DNA of 64,000 nt from the human T2T-CHM13v2.0 reference genome, Homo sapiens. The position numbers and the translations under genes were made by a program. Positions 30,111-45,255 of the stretch are shown here, piece by piece (the first letter of the stretch is position 1; every line of letters begins with the position of its first letter). The stretch lies in assembly GCF_009914755.1 (NCBI RefSeq), contig NC_060931.1; one strand, written 5' to 3'. The notes below the pieces were generated by a model that was given only the letters and a program-made list of their open reading frames with translations, did no database searches and was not told where the DNA came from.

Positions 30111-31290
30111 TTTGGTGAGCAGTAGTAGAGTCTCCCAGAATAGGTTTGATTTAATTAGCTTTTACAAGCCTCCTCCTTGTCTTGTTAACAGGTTAACAAG
30201 TTTAAGCTATTCAGCAGATCATCAAGGCTTGGAATATATTTAATTCAAATGTTGATTTTCCTATGTGGTCTCATGAACATTCAGAATAAACAAGTGCTGC
30301 AGCTGAAGCTTCCTATATCTGAGTATTAAAAGTAGAGTCGCAAGGAGAGTGCTCTGTAAAGATTTCCACCCCATAATCAGCCATGCAAAACTAACCTTGA
30401 GATTTAGTCATTTTCTAGATAGCCTGGGAGACAGAAGAAACAAACAGGCAGTTGTTATCCAAAGATTTCCTCTTGAATGTGTAATAAGAGCCATTGGCTA
30501 TAGGCAAAGTTTGATGAAATCACAGTGTGGTGAGGGTGGGGGGACTTGTTTACTAGTAGTTGCCTTCTTCAGCATGTGGTCCAGCAAATTCTTTTGTTGT
30601 GGACTGCATTTTCTCTGTGAGCTGAAAAAGACAACTAGAGTAAATGTAAAAGAAACATTAACCATTGACACACACACACACTTCAAAGAGGGACTATGAA
30701 AAGAAAAATGGCTTAGTTCAAACAATTGCAAAGCTGGCAGTAGAAGTTAGATTTTCATGTCCACTTTGCCCTGTACATAAGTCCAAAGAACCCAGATCTT
30801 CTACCAAAATTGTACTCTTGTCTTGGGGACAAGTTCTAGCAGTGGAGAATGCTGGGTTATGGTCACAACTAGATTTAGGTGTTGGGAGAAAGGATAGGGT
30901 GTTAGGAGAAAGGGAATCACATCATGGTGAAAACCTGTTGCATCCTTATATTTTTGTCCACTCTAGCAAGAACACATTGTGTAACTGTGGGCAGGTCATT
31001 TAACTTTGTTGGACGCCAGTAGAATGAAACCAGGAGCACGTCATTTAACCCTGTTTTCTTCAACGGTAAGATGAGACTGGAGAAGATTCTTGCTCTAAAT
31101 TTGGCAAAGTAAATAAAGGAAGAGATTATTGTCAGCTCAGAGAGATAGCAGGATGTTAAAATTTCTTTTTTAGGCTGGAAGAGACTTTAGAAATTTATAC
31201 TTTGAGAGAAGGAGTCAGTTGAGAGAGATACTGAGGGTGCAGGAGAAAGAGGATTTCTACCATTTAAAGGTTGTGAAAGAGATGGGAGCA

Positions 31291-31602
31291 GGCTGGGTGT
31301 GGTGGCTCACACCTGTAATCCCAGCACTTTGGGAGGCCAAAGCAGGCAGATCACCTGAGGTCGAGATTTCGAGACCAACCTGACCAACATGGAGAAACCT
31401 TGTCTCTACTAAAAATACAAAATTAGCCGGGCGTGGTAGCACATGCATGTAATCCCAGCTATTCTAGAGGCTGAGGCAGGAGAATTGCTTGAACCTGAGA
31501 GGCAGAGGTTTCAGTGAGCCAAGATCTCGCCATTGCACTCCAGCCTGGGCAACAAGAGTGAAACTCTGTCTCAAAAAAAATAAAAAATAAAAAAATAAAA
31601 AA
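31291..31602 (+). mobile_element. AluSp
   Basis: 'ctgaccaacatggagaaacc' and 'aacaagagtgaaactc'. TSD ~aa(a/g)gag(a/g)tgggagc. Confidence 0.93.
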
Positions 31603-31772
31603 GGAGGTGGGAGCGAGTGGTAAAAAGAGGATAGAAGACTCCATCCTGAATAGGGATGCTTTTCCCTCTAAGACAGACTGGAATGATGAGTGGAGATCCT
31701 GTGATTGTTTTTGTGATTTTTTTTTTAAGGTAGTGAAGAGGGCGAGGTAGCATCAACAAGATGAAAAGCCTC

Positions 31773-32078
<306 letters not shown>

Positions 32079-34925
32079 GAAAAGCCTCTTTCCAGCTAGG
32101 CCATCTTCCTAGAATGTGTGGGCGGGGAGGGGAGATGGATATACTGAAGGGTAGAGAAAAGGTTTGGAACAAATGTGTGAGGAATAGAAACATTTTGGAG
32201 TCCAGGAAGAACTCGAAGTTAAACAGCAGAAATTGTAGCAGACCCAGTTGGCATGGCGTGTTTTTCATTATTTGACACACCAGGACCAGGGATGAGGACA
32301 TCTAAATGTAAGACTGGGTCATCTTGGAATGATTTCCCTTGGCAACTTGGCTTAGGAGAAAAACAGAAGAGTTTGAAGTTTCCTGTGGTCTCTTGTGAGA
32401 GCAGAGAGCGTTCTTTGGGCACAAGAGTGTGGGAAAGATGGAAAGGAAGTTTTGGACACTCAGAGAACACTGAGGGTAAAACAGTGCTCAATAAAGATGA
32501 GGCCCTAAAGATACTAAGACCTGTGAGTGATTGAAATGGAGCAGGAATTGCACTATCTTTTTGAGAAGATGGAGGAAGAGGGGAACAGAGTGCTGGATTG
32601 TGAGTTTATTAGGATAGGGCCAAAGGTCCTCTTTATTTTGGTATCCCAGACCTTAGCATGTTGTCAGGCACATAGTGGATGCTTAATAAATCCCTGCTGA
32701 AATAAATTAAGCTGAATATTATCCAGGATGATGGCAGAAGATGAAGACAGAAAGCAAATTCTGAAATTACTGGGCTGTAGACAAGGTTGGCATGTGCAGG
32801 TCTTGTCTAATGCAGAGGAGGTGACCTAGTTTATCTTGCCAAGCACCCCGTCAAGGGCTTTCCCTTCCTTTCTCTATGACTGACTTCACAAATAAGAGGT
32901 AATTTCCCTAACTGTTGCCAGCTGTGCCTCCCACTTCTATAGGATGGGTTTCTGCTTATCATCCTAATACAAAATTATATTCTCCTGCTTGCCAGTATGA
33001 ATGCATTTTATGGGAATGGCTTTGACTACATTCTTGATAAAAGAGTGATTCCTAGGGATTCAGTAAATACAATATCGAGAAAATGAAACAGAAATGAGAA
33101 CCTAGGTAACTTGTATTAGAGATGGGGTAGTTTATTTGTGGATTGCTGAATTTTGAAAGATAGCCAGGAAAGAAAAAATAAATCAAACAGCCAGCACTGC
33201 TAAATGTAGGTTTTTTTCTCATTTATTTTGCCAAGTGTGGATGGTTGTTAATTATATAGTTATGATAATACTTCGCAGCTTACTTATGATTGTCCTGAAG
33301 CATGTTTTCTAAATGTAGTAAAGTCCGGACTGCATGGGGCCCTCTGGCTCCATTAGTCTGCCATTAAGTTTTATCTGATAAGTGGTTTAAGTTTGCTATG
33401 GAGTTTGTGGATTAATTATATTCAGGTGGATTAAGCTGGGTTCCAATGATAAAACTAAAATACTAGAGAGACAGTCTTAATGTTTATAAGGTTCTATAAA
33501 GTTTCTACCTTTACTACATGCATATGAATAATGCATTTGATCATCAAAAAGAATGACTTAGGGGTTGAGTTCTGAGTTCCTTTGGACTGTAAACATCAGG
33601 GCAGCCCTTGTATTTCCAGCTTGGGAATCAGATGTTCTATGGTTAACTTGTAACCTATGTCGTCAACATCTTTCTTACTCTCCTATTTCCAGACTAGAGA
33701 ATTGTTATGTTGTTGTACTCAAACTTCTGTGTATTAAGACAGAACTAAGTTTAACCATTACCTAGCATTAATGTTGGGTCAGATCAAATGAGCTATTTAT
33801 GGCTTTGGGGTATAGATCGTCAGATGTTAAGCAGATGGAACAGGGAGAAAAACTGGCTTGTTGATGACTATGGCTAAAAATAGTGGATTTGGAAATATCA
33901 GCATAGGGGGTATATTTTCCAACTTGGAAATTCTGGATCTATTCACATAATATTAGAAAAAAAATGTGTGCAGTATTTTGGTTGGTTTGCTTTTGTTTTT
34001 GGCTGCCCAGGCAAATAAAAAATTGAGTTGTAATGACTTGCAGATAAAAGTCACTGTTGCTTAGGAATTGTTGAGACTTTAGGGGGAAGGAGGGCCTCAG
34101 TAATTTTTGTTTTAATTTTGTCTAAAGACACAGGGAGCAAATTACATCTCTGTAATGGTTCATTTCCTAGAAGTAGTTATTTCCCCAAGGCTTACTTTCC
34201 CCTTGTCCTTTTGAACTTTAAGCCTTTAAAGCCTTTAGCCCAGCACTTAGAAACTTGTCATTGCAATTCTTTGGCTATCATTTCTTGCCTGTAAACCCAG
34301 CTTTCCTCTCATTAGGAATTCAGTGTTCTTGCTAGGATGTTTATCCATAGAGAGAAGTATTGAGTGAAGCTGTCAGCTCATTAGCAGTGGGGCATGTGAT
34401 TTAGACTTGATAGGTTTACTGTGAAATTCAGGAGGGCTGAATTAGGAGCCCTTGCCAGGCAGCTTTTGCTGCCTTTATGTTCCCCACCAGAACAGTTTGG
34501 GTTTGAATAATACTTTGCTTGTGGTTAAAACTCTGTGCAGCCTCTTTTAGTTGTTGTTGTTATTGTGGTAAGAACACTTAACATGAGATCTACCCTCTCA
34601 TTTTTTGAAAGGAAGTATGAGGGAGACAAAAAAAAGGGACCTGAACGGTTCAGTTTGAGACTTTTAAGATTGATTTTAGCTTAACAAGAAACTCCAGGAC
34701 CCAGGTCAAGGCAACATGCTTGCAGACATCCGCTACCTGAATGCAGTGGATGAGGTAGGGTCCCATTTCTGCGGCGCGTAATCTCCTCCTTTATGTTCAC
34801 CAGTACTTCTTGGCTCTTTTATTTCTTTGTTCCTGCCTCTACCTAATCTTTCCTTTCCTTTTCTGCCCCTGACTTTCGGCCTTAGCATCTTTGTCCTTTT
34901 CCAGACATGGTGTGCACACATGTAC

Positions 34926-34952
34926 GTGTGTGTGTGTGTGTGTGTGTGTGTG
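34926..34952 (+). repeat. (GT)n microsatellite followed by (GTTTT)n
   Basis: Visible run. Confidence 0.9.
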
Positions 34953-35275
34953 TTGTTTTGTTTTGTTTTTGTCTGCATGGCCTTCCCAAAGACCAACAAT
35001 TTTGTGGTTTCCATGTGGATAACTTCTTTTGGCTGTACTGCCCTATGAGGGCATGGCCAGATTGTTCTGCACTGATATTAATTTTTATTAAGCATCTACT
35101 ATATGCCAAACATTGTACCAAGTGCTGCATACATATAATATTTAATTTGTGGTAGGACAAAGTAATAATAACAGTAACACATATAGCCCTTACTACATAC
35201 TTACCAGCCCTTACAGACACTGTGCTATACATCTTCTATAAACTTATTTTATATTCACAGCGATCTTATGAGGGT

Positions 35276-36833
35276 TACATCATTCAGGGTCTCTCCGGGA
35301 GACGTAAACCATACCTTTTTAAAGTTTTATTGAGGTGTGATTTATATACTCAAAAATTTGTTCATTAAAATTGTACAATTCAATGAGTTTTAGTAAATTT
35401 ATAGAGTTGTAATATGATCACCATAATCCAGTTTTAGGACATTACCATCAACCCCCCCAAAATTCTCTTGAGTCTGTGTGCACTCAGTAGTTGCTTGAGG
35501 CCAAGTTCCACCTCTAGCCTCATGCAACCACTGATCTGCTTTATATCTCCACAAATTTACCTTTTCTGGATATTTTATATAAATGGAATCCTACAATATG
35601 TGGCCTTTTGCACTTGGCATCTTTCACTAATATAATGCTTTTAAGCACCGTACATGTTGTTGAATGTATCCAAAGTTTGTTTCTTTTCATTACTGAATAG
35701 AATTTTTATTGTATAAACACAGCATATTTTGTTTATGATTCTCCCAGTTGATGGCTGTTTGAATTCTTCCAGTTTTGACTGTTATCAATAATGTTTGTAT
35801 TTCTTTTGAATAGATTTCTAAGACTGGAATTATTGGGTTGTATGGTACATTTATGTTTAACTTTTAAAGAAACTCCTAAACTATTTTCTGGAGTGGGTGT
35901 ACAATTTTACATTCTCATGAGCAATGTCACAGAGTTCGTTTCTTCATATCCTTGCCCACACTTGGTATTATCTGTTCTTTTGATTATAGCAGTACTTGTA
36001 GGTTTGCAGTGGTATCCCATTGTGGTGTAAATTTGCATTTCCTAAGTGAATAATGATGTTGAGCAACTCTTCATGTGCTTATTAGCCATTCACATCTTAG
36101 TTGGTAAATTTCTATTCAAGTATTTGCTTGTTTGGCTTATTTTTGAGTTATAAGAGTTTTTAAAATATTCTAAATATAAGTCATTTATGAAAGATGTAAT
36201 TTGCAAATGTTTTCTCCCAAGTTATAGCTGGTCTTTTCACACATCAATTAATTTAACAAAAATAATGTGATATAAAGAATATTAATTGTGTTAATATACA
36301 TGTTAGCCATGTATTGAATAACTGAAAAGGCCAGAAAAGAACACAAATGTTTCACAGAGGTAGCCAGTGTAGGAAGCAGATAAAACCTCTAAGGATGGAG
36401 GAACAAAGGAAGAGGTTGAAATGATAAAATTTAGAAGCTTGGAGAAGGAACTAAAACTTGGTCCCCTGAGGAGAGGCTGCTGCCAGCTGGTGCTGGTGTC
36501 TCTGAGGAGGTGCAAAGAGCCTGGTTCTGAGAGTGTAGGAAAAACTGCAAGCTGGAATGAACTACTGCTACTGGAACTTGCTGCACCGACTGGATAAGGA
36601 AGAGAGGTTGGGGAGACTGATGGGAAGATCGAGTGTCCTTTTTTCCTCTTTCAGTCTTCCAGGCTCCCTCTAGCACCACCGCCCTCCCCTTTCCATACCA
36701 CTGGCAGAACCAAAAAGAGAGCAGGGTGGCAAAGCAGAAATGTGACTTCCAGAGTCCCAGCCCCAGCATCGAAAAAGAGAGTACTGGAGGGGTGGGTTTG
36801 AAGCTAAGAAACAATAGTTTAATAACGTGCACA
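35276..36833 (-). mobile_element. LTR41-like (ERVL) solo LTR interrupted by L1MB
   Basis: Reverse strand starts TGTGCACGTTATTAAACTATTGTTTCTTAGCTTCAAACCCACCC, matching the recalled LTR41 5' end. Other end 'tacatcattcagggtc'. Confidence 0.7.
35315..36242 (-). mobile_element. L1MB (MB7/8-like) 3' end
   Basis: 'ttttattgaggtgtgattta...tgtacaattcaatgagttttagtaaattt', followed by antisense ORF2 C-terminal sequence. Confidence 0.85.
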
Positions 36834-36874
36834 GGTAGGTGCTACTATTATCCCCATTTTAAAGATGAGGATAG

Positions 36875-37287
<413 letters not shown>

Positions 37288-37640
37288 CTATTCCACCTCA
37301 CTATCCAACATATATTGTAATAAATGCATGGTTTGCCAGCAAAGCCCTTCCTGTTTTGAACTCCTGGATCTCCTGTGGTCCTGTGGTCTGATTAGCTGAT
37401 AAAAAGCTACGATTGTTTTTCTGAATTCTTGAGAGCATAGACTCTACTTAGATAGTTTCCAAGCCGTGGTTGCTCCAGTCTTCAAAAGAAACCAACCCAG
37501 CTGTTTTATTTTATTTTTAATTAAAAAAAATTAATCTTGTCTCCCATTTTCATCTCTCCACTTCTTACAACATCAAAATGGTTAACTGGCAAGGACACGT
37601 GGTTTATCTCCCCCAGTGTTACCCATGAAAAGTGTTACTT

Positions 37641-37676
37641 ATGTTTCTCCTCTAGTTGGCATTAGAGGAGAAACAT
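37641..37676. repeat. Perfect 14-bp inverted repeat, 8-nt spacer
   Basis: ATGTTTCTCCTCTA-gttggcat-TAGAGGAGAAACAT. Confidence 0.95.
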
Positions 37677-38794
37677 TTGGATATAGTTCTCTCATGGCAA
37701 CAGGCTAATTCACGTGCAATCCCATGATTCTGTGGTTTGTTTTTCTGGTTGTATTATCTCATTCCTACTTTTTAGATTGCTTTCTAGTCCTCTGAGTTTC
37801 AGAATATAGCTCACTGTTTTCACTTCGGACTGAAACTTTATGCTTTCATTGCTTAACTTGCAAATTCTGGAGTAGTGATATTACCATGACTTTCCTCAAC
37901 TGAGAAATTAGGCAAATTTTCTTTTTTTTTTTATATGAGTCACAATGTAAATGTTATACATGCATAATCAGTTCAATAGGCTATGTGGTCCTCTTATGCT
38001 TAGAATTCAAAAGTGACATTTTAGGATACTTTTAACAATATAGGTACATAATTTTGCATAGACAATTTTGCAACAGAATAAAGTGAGCTGTCTGGAATAT
38101 GCACATAGCATAGGAGTGTTTCCCCATTCCACAAATAGACATGTATGAGATACATATTTTCCCTGGCAGATTTATTCACACCAAAGTCTGGAGCAGAATT
38201 TTCTCGCTGCTAGTTGAGAACATCAGAGAGGATAACATTTTTTGATGGATGGATTGCTAACGGCCAGTTAATTAGTATTTCGTTTCCATGAAAGTTACAG
38301 TCCATTTAAGAATAACGTGGTCCTTTTGGAACCATTGCCTTTTTGGTGATAATTTGTTACTGTTCCAAACAGTCATTAGAAACAGTACAAATGCAGCCAG
38401 AGTAGTTGGGAGCTAAATATGACTTTCTTCCTGTAGCTGGAGGTGCTCATGTATCCACCCACAATATTGAAATCCAGCCTTGCGCAGCCTGGAGGTAATG
38501 AGGAAACTACTTTTTCCATGTATACGTTACCTTTTAGGCTCTTGTCCTTTTCCAGTCAGGGAGCCTGTGAAATGGAAATGCAGGGTTGCAGTTTAAAATA
38601 TATAAGTTGATTTGGGACCAACAGGAGCAGTGAATCTAATGCTTGAATCTAAATATTAGTATGGTTCTTGATTGGTCTGTGATTTCCATGTTTCCAGAAT
38701 GCTGTTCATATCCTATTATATTTAGGATACGCTGGTTGTGATTGGTTTTGAGGCAGTTATTGGTCTACAAACTCAGTGTGCCGTTTGATACACT

Positions 38795-39025
38795 GAGGAG
38801 GCAATATGCTGTGGAGGAGAAGCTCTGATCCTCAAAAGAAAAGGTCTAATGGTTAACATATGAGCTCCACCATTCAGTACCTGGTGAGATCTTGGACAAG
38901 TAACTTTATGTCACAGAATCTCAGGGTCTTCATTTGTAAAATAGGAGTGATAATACAGTATTGTGAGATCCAAGTAAGATATGAAGGTGGTTTGTGAATT
39001 TTTAAGTATTACAAGAGATGTCGTT
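38795..39025 (+). mobile_element. MIR
   Basis: 'tcttggacaagtaactt...tctcagggtcttcatttgtaaaataggag'. Confidence 0.6.
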
Positions 39026-39752
39026 ATAAATATCCTTGTATGGTGATTTGTAAATGTTGGGGCAAAGGGCAATATACAGGTTGCTGTGTTATTCGTTGGT
39101 TTGCTTTGGAAATGTTCTCTTGTGATTTTCTTATACATTGTCCAGTGAATGGGTGGATCATGAATTAATCAGAATAAAACACCATGTTTCTCATTGATCA
39201 TACTTCTGAGTAAAGGAAAATGTCTATGGCTTAAACATGCTTTCCCAAAGTTTTCCTGAGAGCTTCTTTACAAAAAAAAAAAGCAGTTCCCTGGGCAAAT
39301 AAGTTTGTGAAATGCTGCATGCACTATTTTCTGCTAGAGATTCATAACACATATTAGCATATTACAGGTTCTGAGAAATCCCACAATAATTCTGGTGAAC
39401 TTTGTTAATCCAACATTTCATATTTATTTGACTATTAAGACCTTTCTCCCCTGTGACATCTAATGTAATAATGTATCCCTTTGGTATATTCTGCTTTAAG
39501 CCAATTTTTCAAGACGAGGTGCCTGAATTTTAATTGGAAAAGATATAAAAGAAAATAATAGTCTTTCTTATATGCAGAGTAGCAGCCACATTTCAAGAAA
39601 AATTGTGAAATAAATGAAATGAATGTTTAGTTGGATGAACTTAGGAAACATTTGGTTCAAAGTATTACGTATGTTTTAAATATTTTTAAAGTTATTTTTG
39701 CTTTCTACTTATTGATGGTCACTGTGCTATAACCTGCCATCCCTTCAACTCC

Positions 39753-40402
39753 TCTTGACTAAAAGACTCAAACTCTGTAAAATATTTTAAGAGATGTATT
39801 CTGAGCCAAATATGAGCCCTCAAGAGGTCCTGGGAACATGGGCCCAAGGTGGTCGGGGTACAGTTTTGGTTTTATACATTTTAGGAAGCCGTGAGACAAC
39901 AGTCAAATACATTTAAGAAATACATTGGTTTGGTTCAGAAAGGCGGGAAAAACTCAAAGGCAGGTGGGAGGTGGGAGGGTGGGCAGTTCTATGGTGGCTG
40001 CCCTTAGAGGTGATAGATGACAGATGTTTCCTATTCAGATCTTTAAAAGAAGCTAGACTTTTAATTAATCTCTTTAGGTTTGGGAGGGCCTGGAAGAAAA
40101 AGATCTAGCTATGTTAATAGAGATTCTTTACAGATGCTGATTTTCCCCCATAGAGGATGGCTTTGCAGGATCATTTCAAGATATGGCAAAAACAAAAACA
40201 AAAAAACATGTTTTGGGGTAAAATATTTTGATTTTCTTCCTTGTCTCATAATGTTATGCCAGAGTCAGGTTGGAAAGTAAGTCACGATACATAGGGCTAA
40301 ATAAAACCCGTCTGATGAGGATTTATAGTTTGTAGGGCATGACTCCTCAGACCCCTTAGATAGGAATTTGAGCAAGATAAAAAAATCAGAGCTTAGTCCT
40401 CA
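39753..40402 (-). mobile_element. MER4-family (MER4D/E-like, ERV1) solo LTR
   Basis: Reverse strand starts TGAGGACTAAGCTCTGATTTTTTTATCTTGC...CCTATCTAAGGGGTCTG. 4-bp TSD ctcc/ctac. Confidence 0.88.
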
Positions 40403-40447
40403 CTACCAAGCTGGGAATAAACATGTTTTCAATATTTGTTGATTTAG

Positions 40448-40956
<509 letters not shown>

Positions 40957-41293
40957 TGATCTAATGGGATAGTTTTGGTACCAAACTCTCTGTGGTTGGC
41001 ATCAAAGGGACCAATGTTATGTGAATGATTCTGGAACCTACTAGAAGTGTGAGTTCCTCCACCAGAGTGTAAGCTTTTTAGGGCAGGCTTTATGTGTTTT
41101 TGTGTCCTTAGGTCCTAGCACAGTGCAAGGCACATGGCAAGCATGGAATTATTATTTTTGAATGTTTAGTGAAGTAGTAGAATTGGCAGCAGAATGGTCT
41201 GACTTCCTCTGTCATTTAGATCATGTTTCTTTGCCTTAGCAACACTATTTGCTTCGAGCAATAAATATCAAGTGTCAGTATATTTTCATTTCA

Positions 41294-41706
<413 letters not shown>

Positions 41707-42179
41707 CTAGTTGTAACATAAAATCTGTTTGGCAAAATTGAAAGCTGTAAGCACATTAAGATATTAGAGGTTCTGAAAAGAATTGGACTTGACGGGAAAA
41801 ATTACACCTGGGAAAAACTGGACTTGATGAAAAGTAATCAAAATAGTATAAAGCTAACAAGGCTCAAAATTACACATGATTAAATTTCTTATTGGCTAAG
41901 AATTTACAGAAGATTGAAATGTTCGTAACATTTAGATTTGCACAGTTCAACCCTAGAAAAAAATTAATGAATTTGGTAGAGACAATGGGTGCAAAGGAAA
42001 CCTCACAAACACTATCCTGGATTCTTTACCTAACTAAAGGGTTTCTGAAGGTGAATCTGCCTGGGCTACTATTTCTCTTTATTTTCCAAAGAAGGCATTA
42101 TTACAGTTCTCTAGCATCATGTCTTTCTTACCTATTAATGTTCTATATGAAACGGTTTTGCATTAATCTTTTCCCCAGC

Positions 42180-42350
42180 TCACTGTTTCCTAATGTGCTT
42201 CAGCATTGTCTGGAATATTTGCTAAAAATCCAGATGCCTGGGTTCTACCTTTAGACTACTAAATCTGATCTATAGGGCTTGGGCTAGGATTTGTATCTTT
42301 ATGGCACATTAGGTTATCCTTATGCAGGTTGAAATTTGGGAACTACTGGG
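42180..42350. mobile_element. MER5-family fragment
   Basis: 'cagatgcctgggttctacc...actactaaatc...gaaatttgggaactactg'. Confidence 0.55.
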
Positions 42351-42449
42351 TAATATGTAGGATTCATGCCTTTAAAAAATCTACTGATATTGGATGTGGG
42401 GAAGAACATGAACAATACTGTTGGTGGCAAGATGCAAGGTTAGCACAAA

Positions 42450-42640
42450 ATCATCCATTCATTAATTTACCAAATCATTTACCACAGTTTGTGGGCACTT
42501 TTTGTGCCAGGTTCTGTCCTAGATGCTGGGGAGTATAGTGGTCAACAAAGACAAGATCCTGTCCTCACTAAGTTTACATTTTGGTGTGAAAGATTAAGTA
42601 CAAGTAAAAAAGTATTTTCAGGTAGTGATAATTTCAATAA
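42450..42640 (-). mobile_element. L2 3' fragment
   Basis: 'tgtgccaggttctgtcctagatgctgggga...acaaagacaagatcctgtcctca'. Confidence 0.7.
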
Positions 42641-44299
42641 ATAAAGGGTAGAGAAGTTGTTATATAGGATGTTTCAGTGTGTCATAAAATGCCAAGAGAC
42701 CACAAGAAAGGAGATGCTAGATAAAATCTCTGAGGTGATTCATGTCCCCAGTAGGGGTGAGGGTCACAATGGGAATTTTCTCCTTTCCATTCTCCTGATA
42801 ATGTCCCTGCTACTTTTTATGGAATGTAGGTTTTCAGGATGATAAGATGGGCCTGAACTGGCAGGGAGTTGTGAAAAGTTGCATCTTGAGAAGGAATTTT
42901 CACTCTATGAAAGCTTTTATCAAAATATACTCCTTGGGTGGACATCAAGAAGCTAATACAGTTGTGAAGTGTATTACACTTCACGGGCCAGGCTCTATTA
43001 CTCTGGGCTGGGAGCAAGCCTTGGCGACACTCCTCCTTGCCCTTGCCATTATATGTTGGTGAATCAAGTTATGACAGTCATTTTACCAATAATATTTACA
43101 CCTCCCAAATTGACTTTTTTTTCTGGAAAATAATGTAGCTTTTTTTCCTGGAAAGTTCTAGGAGTCTTGCAAAGCAAATTAGCATTGTTGCTGCTACATA
43201 GTATCCCTGGGTTATGACTTTAATATTTTTATGCATGATTTACAATGAAGCTCAGTTTTGTTGGAAATTTTGCTAAGTAAGGACAAAAAGGTAACATCGC
43301 AAATTGGCTACATTTTCCCAAATATTTGGATAATGTCCAGTCCCAACTAACTCCATTAGGTCTGCAGGAAGGTCCAAAATATCTCTGTTCTTGTGGGTGG
43401 CAGGGGACTGGGTGCATTCTGACATCTTGTAAAGTTCCATGCCTTGTTTCATCACAGGATGGAAGGATAGAATTTGCTGATTCATTTGCCATCCTCACAG
43501 GTGCCTGGTTTAAACCATCCCTAGGAAAGGTGACTGAGAGAGGAATGCATCATGGTGCTATAAAACACTGAATACCTCTTGCAAAACAAACTTAACTGTT
43601 AAAATGTCTTTTATTTTCCCTGCTTATTTGTTACTCAAGAGAGATACAGCCCTATTCTTCACAGGAAAAGAAGAGAAACCAGGTTTCAATGTATCACAAA
43701 AGCACACATAAGTAGGAGGAAAAGGAAGAGTTTAAGGAAAGGAGCATTTCAAAGTGAATGCTTGGAAAAGCATCTCTCCATTATAATATCTTTTTATTCT
43801 TTGGAATCAAGTCTTAAGGAAATGACAGAGTCTTTTGCTTAGAGTACTTAAAACCATCTAGAGCAGAGGACAGTATTGGCTTTGCTGAAGAATTTACTTG
43901 CACCTGTGAGGAGCTGGCTCAATTAATGTAAGTTGACTCTCACCATTTTCTGTGACAGTTGGCAAAACAGTGACTGCTTCACTTTTCACTCCTATCCCCA
44001 CCTCAAATCATCACAGTATCTGCTCAGCATTACATAACCCCTGGGAAGGACAAATCTGCATATTTTAAAAAATGAATAATGCATCCTAAATTTTCCCATG
44101 TATTCTCAATAATAATAACTAAGCTTTTATTTGTCTTTAAGTTAGAAATCTAGAGTTTGCTTGCCTGTGGCTTCTTCAATTATTGTACAAATTCTACCTC
44201 GTGAAAATAAAATGGATGCAGCACTGCACTAGAATTTTGAACTCTTCCAAATGAAACTTTCTTTCAACCTATTCTTTTTTAAAAAACAAAAAACAAAAA

Positions 44300-45255
44300 A
44301 CAGCTCTCTTGAGGTAGAATTTATATACAAGAAAAGGCATCCAGTTCAAATGTACAGTTTATAGAGTTTTATTTCATTTTTTCAATTTTTAATTTTTGTG
44401 GGTACCTAGTAGGTGTATGTATTTATGAGGTACATGAGGTACCTTAATACAGGTATACAATATTTCTAGCACCCCTAACACTTCCCTCCTGCCTTTTTGC
44501 AGTTATCCCCTCATGCCTGACCTCAGGCGACTTCTGTCATTAGAGATGAGTTTGCTTTTTCTAAAATTTCAGAGAAATGAACTATGGTGTATGTAGCGTT
44601 AAGCTTTTTTGGCAGAGCACGCTTTTCAGATTTATTGAAGCTGTTGTTTTTATTAGTTCATTTCTCTTCATTACTAAATAGTATTCCATTTTGTGGATGT
44701 ACTATATTTATTCACCTGTTGATGGCATTTCTGTTGTTTCCAGGTTTGAGCTATTATGAATAAAGCTGCTGTGAGTACTCATGTACAGGTCTTTCTGTTG
44801 CAACATATTTTTACTTTTCTTGGGTAAACACATAAGAGTAGAATTTCCTGGACATATGATAAGTGCATGTTTTAACTGTTTTCCAGATGGTTGTACTGTA
44901 TGAGAGTTCCACTTTCTCTGCATCTTTGTTCACATTTGGTATTGTTTTTCCTTTGATTGTAGACATTCCATGGGTGTACTGCAGTATCTCATGTTAATTT
45001 GCATTTGTCTTATGACTAGTGATGATGTTAAGCATCTTTTTAATGTACTTACTGGCCACTAGTATATCTTCTTCAGTGAAGTGTCTTTTCAACTCTTTTG
45101 TAAGAGTTATGCATAAAAGTTCTTCATATATTCTTGATACTAGTCCATTGATAAATACATAGATCTGGATATTTTCCCCTAGTCTGTGATTTGCCTTTTC
45201 ATTTTTTAAATGGAGTCTTTCAAAGAGTTCAACTTATCATTTTTTTCTTTTATTC
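44300..45255 (-). mobile_element. Old L1 (MC/ME-type) 3' end containing a ~90-bp L1MA 3' fragment at ~44370-44460
   Basis: Antisense L1 3'UTR/ORF2 sequence. Insert 'ttttaatttttgtgggtacctagtaggtgtatgtatttatg' resembles L1MA1-3. Confidence 0.75.

Noticed and set aside
43145-43153. STAT GAS motif TTCCTGGAA (also TTCCTAGAA at ~32105 and ~34164)
   Set aside because: Isolated 9-mers are expected by chance in 64 kb of AT-rich DNA.
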